From Candidatus Thorarchaeota archaeon (lineage in GTDB: Archaea > Asgardarchaeota > Thorarchaeia > Thorarchaeales > Thorarchaeaceae), in contig CP070761.1 in the NCBI GenBank assembly GCA_020348985.1, positions 2,219,974-2,239,302 on the forward strand: a stretch of 19,329 bases of DNA, in the 5' to 3' direction. Position numbers and translations under genes: made by a program. How positions within the stretch are numbered: the first letter of the stretch is position 1; each line of letters opens with the position of its first letter. Shown here piece by piece: positions 7,420 to 16,209 of this stretch. The notes beneath the pieces were generated by a model. That model saw nothing but the letters and a program-made list of their open reading frames with translations. It was not told the origin of the DNA and searched no databases.

Positions 7420-7695
7420 ATGAAGTACATCATGTTTTGGGAATATGATTCAGCAGATCATAATGCTGTAATGGACAAACTCGAACAGTATCGCAAAGAA
7501 GTGAAGGCGAATCCGGATAAAAACGCTCAATTCATTTCAGAGAACTACACAATGGTTGATGGTCCCGAGGGCTTTCAGCTTGTCGAGACAGATGACCCTG
7601 AGCTTCTAGTCAGGATTGTTCGTCATTACGCACCTGAAGTGAGCTTCAGGTTTGCCCCAATTGTAGAGATGAAGAAGGTCGACAAGAAGATCTAG
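7420..7695 (+). CDS. DUF3303-like small protein
   Basis: MKYIMFWE ... GFQLVETDDPE ... F.PIVE pattern typical of DUF3303; GGAG SD upstream. Confidence 0.7.
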   Translation: MKYIMFWEYDSADHNAVMDKLEQYRKEVKANPDKNAQFISENYTMVDGPEGFQLVETDDPELLVRIVRHYAPEVSFRFAPIVEMKKVDKKI

Positions 7696-7698
7696 GAA

Positions 7699-7720
7699 TT
7701 TGTCGACGAGAGTCGTCAAA
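7699..7720 (+). terminator. Hairpin just after the DUF3303-like gene
   Basis: TTTG-T-CGAC-GAGA-GTCG-T-CAAA: GNRA loop with one mismatch, 3 nt after the stop. Confidence 0.35.
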
Positions 7721-7814
7721 ACGCTGATTGTGCTTGTTCAGAACGGTGTTCGATACACAGATAACCAGAAACTCACTTCCGTGCTAGCCCAGTGTGGCTA
7801 AGTGAGGTATAAGG

Positions 7815-8111
7815 TTGGAGAGAAAAGTAGTCCACATAAAGTATCACGAGAATCCTCAGCTATGGGTAGATGTAGCAATCTACGGTCCAGAGAGTGATTC
7901 GTATGAAGTCAAGTATATTCATCCCAGCCACCATGCCGAAGTAGAGAGCGTATCAGAGCTCCTGAAGGATGTGGAGTTTGAGGACCCAGCCCTTCTGAGA
8001 GATTGGCAAGGCTTCATGAATGCATTGAGAATGCTTGCTGACCAATGGTTACTTTCTCTTGATGTAATCATCCTGACGCGGTTGGGAGAGGTCGTAGAAG
8101 ACGGCGGGTGA
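7815..8111 (+). CDS. Hypothetical protein (98 aa)
   Basis: TTG start with GTGAGG SD; acidic, globular composition; 11 nt upstream of the next gene (probable operon). Confidence 0.7.
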   Translation: MERKVVHIKYHENPQLWVDVAIYGPESDSYEVKYIHPSHHAEVESVSELLKDVEFEDPALLRDWQGFMNALRMLADQWLLSLDVIILTRLGEVVEDGG

Positions 8112-8122
8112 GATGATTCGCG

Positions 8123-9037
8123 TTGGACAGGATGGACAGGAAACTCATTCGACTTTTAGACGCTAACTGCAGAGTTTCCTACCAAGATATGGCAGCCGAA
8201 ATGGGCGTTTCGCCTACTGCTGTTAAGAGAAGAGTTGAGAAACTTGTTGATACAGGAGTAATTCTTGGATTCAGAGTCTTACCATCCTTGGCGATGATGG
8301 AGGCCGACATTGTTGTTGCAATTATCTGCACTGATGGATCGGAGAATCGTGAAGAGATTGTCAAGCAGATTGGTGCCACCATAGTGTTCCATCACATAAG
8401 CACCATTGTTGGTACTGAAGAAGGGATATACTTCGCGATTGGATGGTATATTGGACTTGCACAATTCTCTGAAGTTGGAAAGATTCTGAGATCTCTGAGT
8501 GGCGTAACACGTGTTGACATGCACAGCATGCTTTGGTCACGCGGGGCAAGCATGACCCTAACCTCCCTTCAAAAGAGAGTTCTTCGAATTCTAAAGGAGG
8601 ATGCAAGAATGCCGATCCCAGATATTGCCAAGGAGACAGGTATATCGGCAAGACGGGTCAGAAGGATTGTCAAAGAACTTCAGGACAGCGAGGCCTTTCG
8701 GTTCCGAATAAGGTGGAACATGAGTACTGGTGAAAAGACTCAGTTCATTCTAGGTATCGGGTACAAAGAATCTGAGATGTCAGGATATGACATCGTTGAG
8801 TGGCTCCAGGAAGAGTTTGAAGCGTACTTCTGGGAGCCCTATATCTCAGCAATGGAACCCAAGGTTTTTGGCAACTTCGTTGTTGATACACTCAGAGACG
8901 TTGAGAGCATTACCCAAAGTGTAAGGGCTGCACCCTTCGTGCAGTCGGTGGCAACCTATGTCTGTCTCTCGAATTACAAGACAATACGACATCAGAAGAT
9001 GTGGTTAGAGAATCTTCTCGAGCAGGAAGAGACTTAG
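8123..9037 (+). CDS. Tandem Lrp/AsnC-type wHTH transcriptional regulator
   Basis: Two AsnC-type HTH units (MDRMDRKLIRLLDANCRVSYQDMA...AVKRRVEKL and LTSLQKRVLRILKEDARMPIPDIAKETGISARRVRR), each followed by a RAM-like domain. Confidence 0.88.
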   Translation: MDRMDRKLIRLLDANCRVSYQDMAAEMGVSPTAVKRRVEKLVDTGVILGFRVLPSLAMMEADIVVAIICTDGSENREEIVKQIGATIVFHHISTIVGTEEGIYFAIGWYIGLAQFSEVGKILRSLSGVTRVDMHSMLWSRGASMTLTSLQKRVLRILKEDARMPIPDIAKETGISARRVRRIVKELQDSEAFRFRIRWNMSTGEKTQFILGIGYKESEMSGYDIVEWLQEEFEAYFWEPYISAMEPKVFGNFVVDTLRDVESITQSVRAAPFVQSVATYVCLSNYKTIRHQKMWLENLLEQEET

Positions 9038-9076
9038 GACAGCTGCACATCAACGACAGTTGGATGAACAGTTGCT

Positions 9077-9412
9077 TTATTCTGGCTCATAGCGATCTCT
9101 GTCTGCAAAGAAGTCCATTGCCCGGACAGGCGTCAGGAATTCACCGCCATGTTCTACATCTGCAGGGATGTAGTAGCTGTCGCCTCTCACATACTTCTTT
9201 GTTTCACCACCGATTGTAAGCATCATTTCGCCATCTATCACAAAGCCGAATTGTGCTCCATGGCTATGTAGAGGAACGGATGCACCGGGCTCAATATCGA
9301 AGAAGACAACTTGGAAGGATTCACCTTGGGCCAGCCATCCTTTGACGCCAGGAAGTGAAAGCTTCACTCTAGGCAGACTGGTGATGGCTTCTGGATAGGG
9401 TTCGTCAACCAT
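9077..9412 (-). CDS. Cupin-domain protein
   Basis: PGASVPLHSH...Q.G.V..G and GDSYYIPADVEHG cupin motifs; likely start ATG 9412 (ORF track: 9469). Confidence 0.9.
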   Translation of the reverse strand: MVDEPYPEAITSLPRVKLSLPGVKGWLAQGESFQVVFFDIEPGASVPLHSHGAQFGFVIDGEMMLTIGGETKKYVRGDSYYIPADVEHGGEFLTPVRAMDFFADRDRYEPE

Positions 9413-9542
9413 AATTCTCACGAATCTCTCCGGGCATTTCTGGCCAATAACCTTTGAGGAAAGCGTCATCGTATCTGGTCAATGTCTACATCCGAAAGAA
9501 AGATGAATGGGCTTGGCATGAGTTGCTGCAGGTGATTTCGAA

Positions 9543-9692
9543 GTGGACATTGGCAAGTGTCACAAGTGCGATAATTTCCTCACTAATGAGGATATCAAAG
9601 AGGTTCAGTTCAAAGGGGTATTCCAGACGCACCATGCTTATGTCTGTGAAAGGTGTGGCTATATCATTGGATTCTCATCTGCTCAGCCGTAG
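9543..9692 (+). CDS. 49-aa zinc-ribbon microprotein (CHKC...CERC), absent from the ORF track
   Basis: GTG start 7 nt after GGTGA SD (9531-9535); MDIGKCHKCDNFLTNEDIKEVQFKGVFQTHHAYVCERCGYIIGFSSAQP*; fits the gap between the cupin and MarR-like genes. Confidence 0.8.
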   Translation: MDIGKCHKCDNFLTNEDIKEVQFKGVFQTHHAYVCERCGYIIGFSSAQP

Positions 9693-9760
9693 CAGAATAT
9701 CGAATGCCACTTGGGCTTCATCTACAGCTGTGCTCACGCTAGTCATCAGCAGATTTGAAA

Positions 9761-10045
9761 CTATATGGGATGCAAGTAGATCTGCATCATGGTCCGCTCC
9801 TTCTCGAAATTGATTTGGAGCTCCTTCATCTTCTCAATATTCACACAATATAGCGGCTGTCTCATATCAGAGAGATTTGGCACCCTCTTGCAGAGTTCAG
9901 TGTCAGTCAATCTGCGAAGTGCCGAAGAAACAGAGCGTGGAGAAAGCTTCACTTCCTTTCGGAGCTGTTTGGGGGTCATTGGACCCTTCCTCGAGAGCTC
10001 GTGAAGCACTACGAGCATGCTTATCGGGAATCCTGTTGCGCTCAT
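9761..10045 (-). CDS. MarR/ArsR-like winged-helix transcriptional regulator
   Basis: VLHELSRKGPMTPKQLRKEVKLSPRSVSSALRRL...VPNLSDMRQPLY (HTH plus wing with DxR). Likely start ATG 10045 after GGTG (ORF track: 10165). Confidence 0.85.
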   Translation of the reverse strand: MSATGFPISMLVVLHELSRKGPMTPKQLRKEVKLSPRSVSSALRRLTDTELCKRVPNLSDMRQPLYCVNIEKMKELQINFEKERTMMQIYLHPI

Positions 10046-10072
10046 AGCGGGCACCATCATCTGTGTATGAAG

Positions 10073-10148
10073 CGGCAACTTTTTGGGCCAAAAATTGCCG
10101 ATTCGTCTAATTCTCATACGGCAAAGTTCTTTATAAAGAATCTTGCCG
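10073..10148. promoter_or_regulatory. Twin palindromic operators and a symmetric TATA box in a divergent promoter
   Basis: CGGCAA-N16-TTGCCG (10073-10100) and CGGCAA-N18-TTGCCG (10119-10148); the second contains the perfect palindrome TTCTTTATAAAGAA with TTTATAAA at 10130-10137. Confidence 0.7.
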
Positions 10149-10202
10149 CAGCAATAAGTACGCATAAATTGTCGGAGAACTCACCGAAGAGGATGTAATG
10201 AA

Positions 10203-11339
10203 TTGAGACATATCACCCTTGATGAGAAGGATATGGACATTCTCATAGCTCTGAACAAGCTAGGGGGTTCAGCCTCTGCCCCAGAGGTTAGTGAGTTCTT
10301 GTTGGAGTCTAACGGACAGAAGATTCCTGCTAGAACTGTCAGATATAGAATCTCAGTTCTTCAGGAAAGGGGCATCCTGCTTCCACCATATCTAGAGACC
10401 CATGAAAGAAGACTAGGATTGGGAGAAGGAATACTCGTTCTCCAGGAGAGCAGAGGAAGGAGTGGGCATTTGGAGGAGCTGATTAATGAAATACCCATCT
10501 TTTACTGGCACGTTCCCACTCACGGGAAACATGATGGTTACTTGGTCCACATTGTACACGATCTTTCCATGCCTGGAATGATTGACAGATTAGCTGAAAC
10601 TCTTCTTGAATCTGGGTTCATTGACGCTTACAGCTTCTTCGATATGGCGGACTATGAGTCAAAGAGTGTAGACTTTTCACACTACGACCCCGAAGAAGGA
10701 TGGTCTTGGAACTGGGAAAGATGGTATAAGAAGATCGAGAGCCATCTAGAACGTAACCCAGAATCTCCAGTTAAAGTGAAAGTCAGCAAAGAGATTATGG
10801 ATTGTGATTACATCGACATCCAAGTTCTGAAACTTCTGAAGATGGATCCGAGTCGCTCTGTTCGCGATGTCGCATCAGAAGTGGGTGTTTCAACTGCACA
10901 AGTACGCGACAGGATACAGAGAATGAGAGAAAGCGGCGTCATCCGAGGGCAGAAACGAGCATATGGACTCGCAGACGATCTTCTTTGGATCTCATGTTTC
11001 TTTGAAATCGACGGCCCAGTTGGTGGAGTTCTTACATCGTTCAGTCAGTTGCCCTTCCCTGGAGGCATACTCATGGAGAATCCGAAGAAATATTGCGTCA
11101 GGTTTGGGTTCTCAACAACGGATCTCAAGCAGTTCTTGGAGGGCTTCAAGCGGCTTAGACCATATATGCGCTCCTACTTTTTCCAGTTTCATCTGCCGGA
11201 TCGAAGTGAAACCACCTACTATGATGTCTTCGACTTATTTGACCAAGCCAAGAATCAATGGTCGATTCCTATCGATGATTATGTCTCGTTGATTGGACAG
11301 CGCGGTCGGTCCAAGAAAGCCGTCAAGATGTACGAGTAA
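10203..11339 (+). CDS. Tandem wHTH, Lrp/AsnC-like regulator (378 aa)
   Basis: HTH 1: LDEKDMDILIAL...IPARTVRYRISVLQERGIL. HTH 2: DYIDIQVLKLLKMDPSRSVRDVASEVGVSTAQVRDRIQRMRESGVI. Confidence 0.82.
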   Translation: MRHITLDEKDMDILIALNKLGGSASAPEVSEFLLESNGQKIPARTVRYRISVLQERGILLPPYLETHERRLGLGEGILVLQESRGRSGHLEELINEIPIFYWHVPTHGKHDGYLVHIVHDLSMPGMIDRLAETLLESGFIDAYSFFDMADYESKSVDFSHYDPEEGWSWNWERWYKKIESHLERNPESPVKVKVSKEIMDCDYIDIQVLKLLKMDPSRSVRDVASEVGVSTAQVRDRIQRMRESGVIRGQKRAYGLADDLLWISCFFEIDGPVGGVLTSFSQLPFPGGILMENPKKYCVRFGFSTTDLKQFLEGFKRLRPYMRSYFFQFHLPDRSETTYYDVFDLFDQAKNQWSIPIDDYVSLIGQRGRSKKAVKMYE

Positions 11340-11724
11340 TCGAGAGCAGGTCTTCAAGGAACAGCAGCCCAAACAATAGGTCCACTGATACAAACAAGAA
11401 CACAAGGAATGTGGCCTCAGCAATGAGGAAGTAGTAGAGACCAATCACAAAGACCCAGCTCTTCTCGAAGATTCCCATCTTGATGATGCCATGGTTCTTG
11501 TCGGGACTAAGACTGACAAGATAGAAACCAATGCCAAAGACAAAGACCAGGCCCATGAAGGAGTCAAACCAAAGAAGAGTTGAAGGAATAGTGCTTCCAG
11601 CAAGAAAGAAGTATGATATGTCGACTCTTGGCAAGACGAGAAACGATACCGCCAGTATCCAGTTCCACAAAGCGGCTGTCAAGAACATCAGTCTATGATA
11701 CCTGAGTCGTTCCAGTGCTATCAC
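11323..11724 (-). CDS. Four-TM membrane protein of unknown function
   Basis: Four hydrophobic helices (MFLTAALWNW..., FMGLVFVFGIGFY..., GIFEKSWVF..., VDLLFGLLF). The start is probably GTG 11724 or a little later, avoiding overlap with the divergent methyltransferase. Confidence 0.7.
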   Translation of the reverse strand: MIALERLRYHRLMFLTAALWNWILAVSFLVLPRVDISYFFLAGSTIPSTLLWFDSFMGLVFVFGIGFYLVSLSPDKNHGIIKMGIFEKSWVFVIGLYYFLIAEATFLVFLFVSVDLLFGLLFLEDLLSITRTS

Positions 11725-11789
11725 ATCCGATTGATAGCACGCAAGAGCCAACATATAACTACACTGACTGGAAATACCCAACGTGCGGG

Positions 11790-12617
11790 ATGAGATTCAT
11801 AGACTATCATGCAGCGGAGACCATTCTGGCAGCGCTAGAAGATAATCTGGATGAGGTTGAGGTGTCTCTGGATCTTGGACTGTCGATGTCTCGGATTAGC
11901 ACTCACCAGAAGGATTGGACAGTTGAGGACCTAGAGAAGATTGCCGCGGACAAGGATTCCATTTACTTCACAAGAGAGAACCAGATTCTGAAGGCAGCTT
12001 TGAGTGGGCGACGCTTCTACAAGTTGATGCCAACAGGGCTACACAGTCCACCAGCCCTACTGATAGACGGTGTATTGATGCATAGAATGAAGTCGATTGA
12101 TCCCATGTCTGATGCAAGGTCCAAGGCCAATCTGTGTGCGCAACAGGGCTCAAAGATGTTGGAAATATGCACAGGGCTTGGCTATTCCACTATTGCTTGC
12201 CTAGACAAGAACGTCTCAGACATTGTTACGATAGAAAGGGACGAAAACGTTCTAGAATTGGCAAGTATCAATCCATGGTCCAAAAGACTGTTCGAAGATG
12301 ACCGTGTGAAGATTGTCAATGCAGACGCGGTCGAGGAGATTGTGAGCTTTGAGGAAGTATCATTCGACGCGGTCTTACACGATCCACCCAGGTTTTCGAT
12401 GAGTTCAGACCTATATACTGCCGAATTCTATGCAAGCATTTTCAGAGTCCTCAAACCAGGAGGTGTTTTGTTTCACTATGTTGGAACACCTGGTTCGAAG
12501 TATCGCGGCAAGGATCTACAGAAAGGAGTTATGAAACGACTACGTTCTGTTGGCTTCGAAAAAGTAGAAAGAAAGCCGAAGGCTCTAGGTGTGCTGGCCA
12601 GGAAGCCGCCCGTGTGA
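11790..12617 (+). CDS. Archaeal SAM-dependent methyltransferase (COG2521-like)
   Basis: EICTGLGYSTI (motif I), TIERDENVLELASINPWS, HDPPRFS, FRVLKPGGVLFHYVGTPG...RG.DL; likely start ATG 11790. Confidence 0.88.
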   Translation: MRFIDYHAAETILAALEDNLDEVEVSLDLGLSMSRISTHQKDWTVEDLEKIAADKDSIYFTRENQILKAALSGRRFYKLMPTGLHSPPALLIDGVLMHRMKSIDPMSDARSKANLCAQQGSKMLEICTGLGYSTIACLDKNVSDIVTIERDENVLELASINPWSKRLFEDDRVKIVNADAVEEIVSFEEVSFDAVLHDPPRFSMSSDLYTAEFYASIFRVLKPGGVLFHYVGTPGSKYRGKDLQKGVMKRLRSVGFEKVERKPKALGVLARKPPV

Positions 12618-12649
12618 GGGATTGCTCCCATTTGGGCCAACACTTCGCA

Positions 12650-13327
12650 TTATCCAAGCAGACGGAGTATGAGCTGTAATAACGCAATGTAGAAATTTCC
12701 ACTTGGCGGAGCTATGAATTGATTTGAGAAGTGGAAGTAGGGCCGCAGGACCCATGCCAGCTGAGTACCAACGAAGATCAGTACCAAGCTGCCAATGATG
12801 AATGATAGCACCCAACTCCGGTTTTCGTCATGGATCCTGCTAAACCCTTTGAGGAGATAGCTTACTGCCGTAAGACCAGACAATGCGAAGAATCCCACAT
12901 TGAGGAGTATGGTGAAAGCATAGGTAGTGAAGGTTCTTTCTGGAGTTGTGAGCGTAAAGAACAGAGTCACAGGCATGAACGCCACCAAAAGCGTGGACAT
13001 CACTGCGAAGCTGACCATGAACAGTGTCGTAAGCTGACGCAGACTGAGTTCTCCACCCAGTATCCCACTAAGTACATAGTAGGTTGGCAAAGACACAAAC
13101 AGAGAAATCAGAAGCAGCATTGGGATTTTTAGTGCATCAAAGAGTATCTGTAGACCACCAGCATAGAGTCCCATAACGGCTCCGTAGAATCCTCCGAACA
13201 CTAGGATGGCAAACAGTGATGAGAAGAAGAAAGCTCTGAAGCTCCGTCCATCTTTGATGTCGTTGTAGATCGTGTCAGGATCTCGGATGAAACGATTGAC
13301 AGTATCGAGAACCGACCGGTAGTCCAT
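12650..13327 (-). CDS. Multi-pass membrane protein (Yip1-like topology)
   Basis: About five TM helices with K.P.LL...LPT.Y, F.PVTLFF, LLNV.FF, FVGTQLAWVLRP and GNFY motifs; likely start ATG 13327 after GGAGG. Confidence 0.75.
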   Translation of the reverse strand: MDYRSVLDTVNRFIRDPDTIYNDIKDGRSFRAFFFSSLFAILVFGGFYGAVMGLYAGGLQILFDALKIPMLLLISLFVSLPTYYVLSGILGGELSLRQLTTLFMVSFAVMSTLLVAFMPVTLFFTLTTPERTFTTYAFTILLNVGFFALSGLTAVSYLLKGFSRIHDENRSWVLSFIIGSLVLIFVGTQLAWVLRPYFHFSNQFIAPPSGNFYIALLQLILRLLG

Positions 13328-13500
13328 CAAGAACCCTCCAACCAGAGTATAATTCTGACCAATTTTGACCTTGCCATAGTTGAAGGACTGTACCTGAAAC
13401 AAGTCCTGATTGATAGGGACCTAAAATGCGGACTATACAGTTTATGTGCAGCTGAGGTAATGGAGATAAGGCACGGAGCAGACGTTGAAAGAGATTGACG

Positions 13501-13962
13501 ATGAAACAGGCAATAATAGTCTATGAGAGCAAGTACGGAAACACAAAGAGGATCGCTGAAGCGATTGGACAAGGGATTAGGGCGTCGGGAGAGATTGAGT
13601 GTGTGGTCGTTGCAACTGGAGAGATTCATACCGGTGATCTCTCAGAATACGATGCAGTGCTGTTTGGATGTCCCAATCATAATCAGGCACCAAGCAGAGG
13701 CATGCTTGCTTTTATAGGTCGAGCCTCAATCGTTGATTTGGACGGAAAGCTAACAACGGTCTTTGATACCTACATGGGAAGGAACAAGGGCGTTGCTATG
13801 GCAAAGCTGGAGGCCGAAGTACGAGAGAAGCTGTCTGGGCTTAGATTGCTTGAGGATGGGTTCTCAGCGAAAGTCAAGAACAGGGACGGTCCCCTTGAAG
13901 AAACTGAGATACCTCAGGCCATTGAATTCGGAAAAGCTGTAGCTCAACGAATCAAAAGCTAG
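13501..13962 (+). CDS. Flavodoxin-family protein
   Basis: IVYESKYGNTKRIAEAI FMN phosphate loop, YDAVLFGCP and FDT motifs. Confidence 0.9.
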   Translation: MKQAIIVYESKYGNTKRIAEAIGQGIRASGEIECVVVATGEIHTGDLSEYDAVLFGCPNHNQAPSRGMLAFIGRASIVDLDGKLTTVFDTYMGRNKGVAMAKLEAEVREKLSGLRLLEDGFSAKVKNRDGPLEETEIPQAIEFGKAVAQRIKS

Positions 13963-14001
13963 GAATCGATGGGCCTCAAATATGCATTGCACAGTACAGT
14001 G

Positions 14002-14457
14002 TCAGAAGTCGACACGTATTGTCTCCCATCGAACCCGACCCGATTCAACAGCCTCCTTGATTTTGCGCTCTGTCCGACTTAATCTAGCATCTCCTGTCTT
14101 GACATCAGCCAGGACAATGGTAATAGGACCTTCAGATGCCCCATCCTTGACGTCTGTGTAGCCGTCGAAGATCAAGTAATCTACCGGAGCCCCTATGAAG
14201 CGGGCATCGGCTGGATTGAATCGGAAGATGTCACTGAGCAAAGGAACAATGTGTTCAGCTATCTTTCCTTTCAGAACATATCTGCTTCTCTGAGCTGCAT
14301 CTCGCCTCGTTGCAGCTTCCTGTTCCGCCCACGTTCTTCTGAACTCGGATTCAACCATGGCAATTCTGTGTTTCAGTCGAGCTCTCATAGCTATGAAGAC
14401 GATGACGGCTACGAGGAGACCTATGGCAAGTCCCAGTAGTGTTTCTTCGAGTGCCAT
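14002..14457 (-). CDS. Membrane-anchored PD-(D/E)xK endonuclease (Endonuc_Holl, Holliday-junction-resolvase-like)
   Basis: N-terminal TM helix, then SR.VLKGKIAEH..P, DARFIGAPVDYLIFDG, DVKTG...LS..ER.IKEAVE.GRVRW. Confidence 0.85.
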   Translation of the reverse strand: MALEETLLGLAIGLLVAVIVFIAMRARLKHRIAMVESEFRRTWAEQEAATRRDAAQRSRYVLKGKIAEHIVPLLSDIFRFNPADARFIGAPVDYLIFDGYTDVKDGASEGPITIVLADVKTGDARLSRTERKIKEAVESGRVRWETIRVDF

Positions 14458-14599
14458 GTAGTTACATCTAGTCTTTCCTTTTTATGGGTCGGTAATCGCA
14501 GGGTGTTACGATTGGTTGAGGCATACCATGGTCCTTTGATGATGAACATGAGAGCATCTATTAGGAGTATGTTTGATAATGGCGCAGGATGTGACTTGA

Positions 14600-15643
14600 A
14601 TGATGGAAGACATCTACGAACTCCTCAAGAGCCTATGTGAAATACCAGGCCCGGTGGGAAGGGAGACTCTTGTACAGGACTCCATTAAGAAGCACCTTCT
14701 TCCTTTCTGCTCTGAGATTGACCAAGATAAGATTGGAAATCTCATGGCTACGATGGAAGGCACAAGCCGACACTATGCCATTGTCGCTCATGCTGATGAA
14801 GTAGGCTTTCTTGTCAGCTGTATAGATGAGAACGGGTTCCTCAGAGCCAAGTGGAACACTCAAGGGTACATGCCAGACCTGCGATTACTTCCTGGGCAGA
14901 GAGTCCTCATAATGACAGATAGTGGCATGGTTCCAGGCTGTTTCAGCGTAAAGACAGCTCACATCGCCGGTCCTGAAGGAAAGAAGAAGATTCCGAGCTG
15001 GGAGGAGGTCTTCATTGATGTCGGCGCAAGATCCTCTGATGATGTTTCAGGGCTGGGCATCAACATAGGTGATCCTGTCGTCTATGACACAGAGACAAAG
15101 CGTGTTGGAAAGAACATCGTTGGAAAGACATTTGACGACCGAGTCGGTCTTGCTGTGATTGTTAAGGTGGCAGAGAGACTATCAGAGGTTCCGAAGAAAG
15201 ACCGCCCCACGGTAACCTTCGTTTCAAGTGTCCTCGAGGAGGTGGGAGCAAAGGGAGTAGCTGCCATCGCCAACAAACTAGACGTAGATGGTGTCATAGT
15301 AGCAGAAGTGGGTCTTGCTGACGACTATCCTGGAACAAAGGGAGAGGCGGGAGTATCATTGGGCAAGGGACCTGTTGTAGTGGTGAAGGACAGTCAGATT
15401 GTCTACTCCCACGAGCAGAACTCAAGCCTCATTATCACCGCAGAAGCGAATGAGATTCGTATTCAAAGAGCGGTATACCATAACTACGCCACAGACGGAT
15501 TCCAAATTGCTTCTCATGGACAGATCGTGTCGGTAGTTGCAGTACCATGTAGATATACACACTCAAGCTTTGAGGCAATTGACATCAGTGATGTGGAATC
15601 AACTATTTCACTGATTTCTCAGTTCCTTCTGGATTCCAAGTAG
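14600..15643 (+). CDS. M42-family (TET-like) aminopeptidase
   Basis: AHADEVG, FIDVGA, FDDRVG, EEVG, KGP and RYTHS motifs. Confidence 0.92.
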   Translation: MMEDIYELLKSLCEIPGPVGRETLVQDSIKKHLLPFCSEIDQDKIGNLMATMEGTSRHYAIVAHADEVGFLVSCIDENGFLRAKWNTQGYMPDLRLLPGQRVLIMTDSGMVPGCFSVKTAHIAGPEGKKKIPSWEEVFIDVGARSSDDVSGLGINIGDPVVYDTETKRVGKNIVGKTFDDRVGLAVIVKVAERLSEVPKKDRPTVTFVSSVLEEVGAKGVAAIANKLDVDGVIVAEVGLADDYPGTKGEAGVSLGKGPVVVVKDSQIVYSHEQNSSLIITAEANEIRIQRAVYHNYATDGFQIASHGQIVSVVAVPCRYTHSSFEAIDISDVESTISLISQFLLDSK

Positions 15644-15651
15644 GAGGATGA

Positions 15652-16056
15652 TCAGAGCTTCGATTCCTCGGTGGCACCTGGAGCAACGAGGACTTTCATA
15701 CTCTCGCGCTCTAGAATCCGGACCTCAGTGCCTGAGCCTATTTCCAAACCGTCCCGACATCGGGCGTCCCAGATTTCTGCCCCCACCTTCACTTTGCCAG
15801 ACCGTGATGTTACTGGCTCCACCACGATTGCTTTCATACCTTTCAAATCGTACAGAGCATGAGATCCTGTTTCCTGAAGTGAGGGATATACAAGGTAGTA
15901 CTTAGCTGCCACAAAAATCGCCGACCCTGCAATCAGAAGAGCTGTCAGCTGAAAGAGCAGCTCAGGTATGAAGTAGTAGACGATTATTATCGCGATTGGA
16001 ACGAGTATCAACTCGTCAATCGTAATTACAATGAATTTGACTCTAGCAGACACCAA
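15652..16056 (-). CDS. NfeD-family protein (short form: TM helices plus OB-fold)
   Basis: Hydrophobic N-terminus, then G.KAIVVEP...GKVKVGAEIWDAR...I..G..VRIL....M.VLV. Confidence 0.85.
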   Translation of the reverse strand: MVSARVKFIVITIDELILVPIAIIIVYYFIPELLFQLTALLIAGSAIFVAAKYYLVYPSLQETGSHALYDLKGMKAIVVEPVTSRSGKVKVGAEIWDARCRDGLEIGSGTEVRILERESMKVLVAPGATEESKL

Positions 16057-16209
16057 AGCATTGCACCGTGCTTAGTTCACTTTGTGCATACTGAGGATTC
16101 TAATGAGAAATACCTTTGCACAGAATCATTCGTGACGTTCGAAGACTCAGCACCTTCATCCTCACCTTAATTAGAGGGACGTCTGCGACGAAGTCGACGT
16201 GAATATCGA

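Noticed and set aside
9454-9813. 119-aa + strand ORF
   Set aside because: Overlaps the MarR-like gene and lacks motifs; another frame holds the convincing zinc-ribbon gene.
8123-11339. Tandem Lrp-fold proteins as siroheme decarboxylase (AhbAB/NirDL)
   Set aside because: The H-x-Y-x-R motif is not seen and no heme biosynthesis genes are nearby.
14535-14590. ATGATGA box C-like motif upstream of the M42 gene
   Set aside because: No CTGA box D at a suitable distance; the region is a short divergent promoter.
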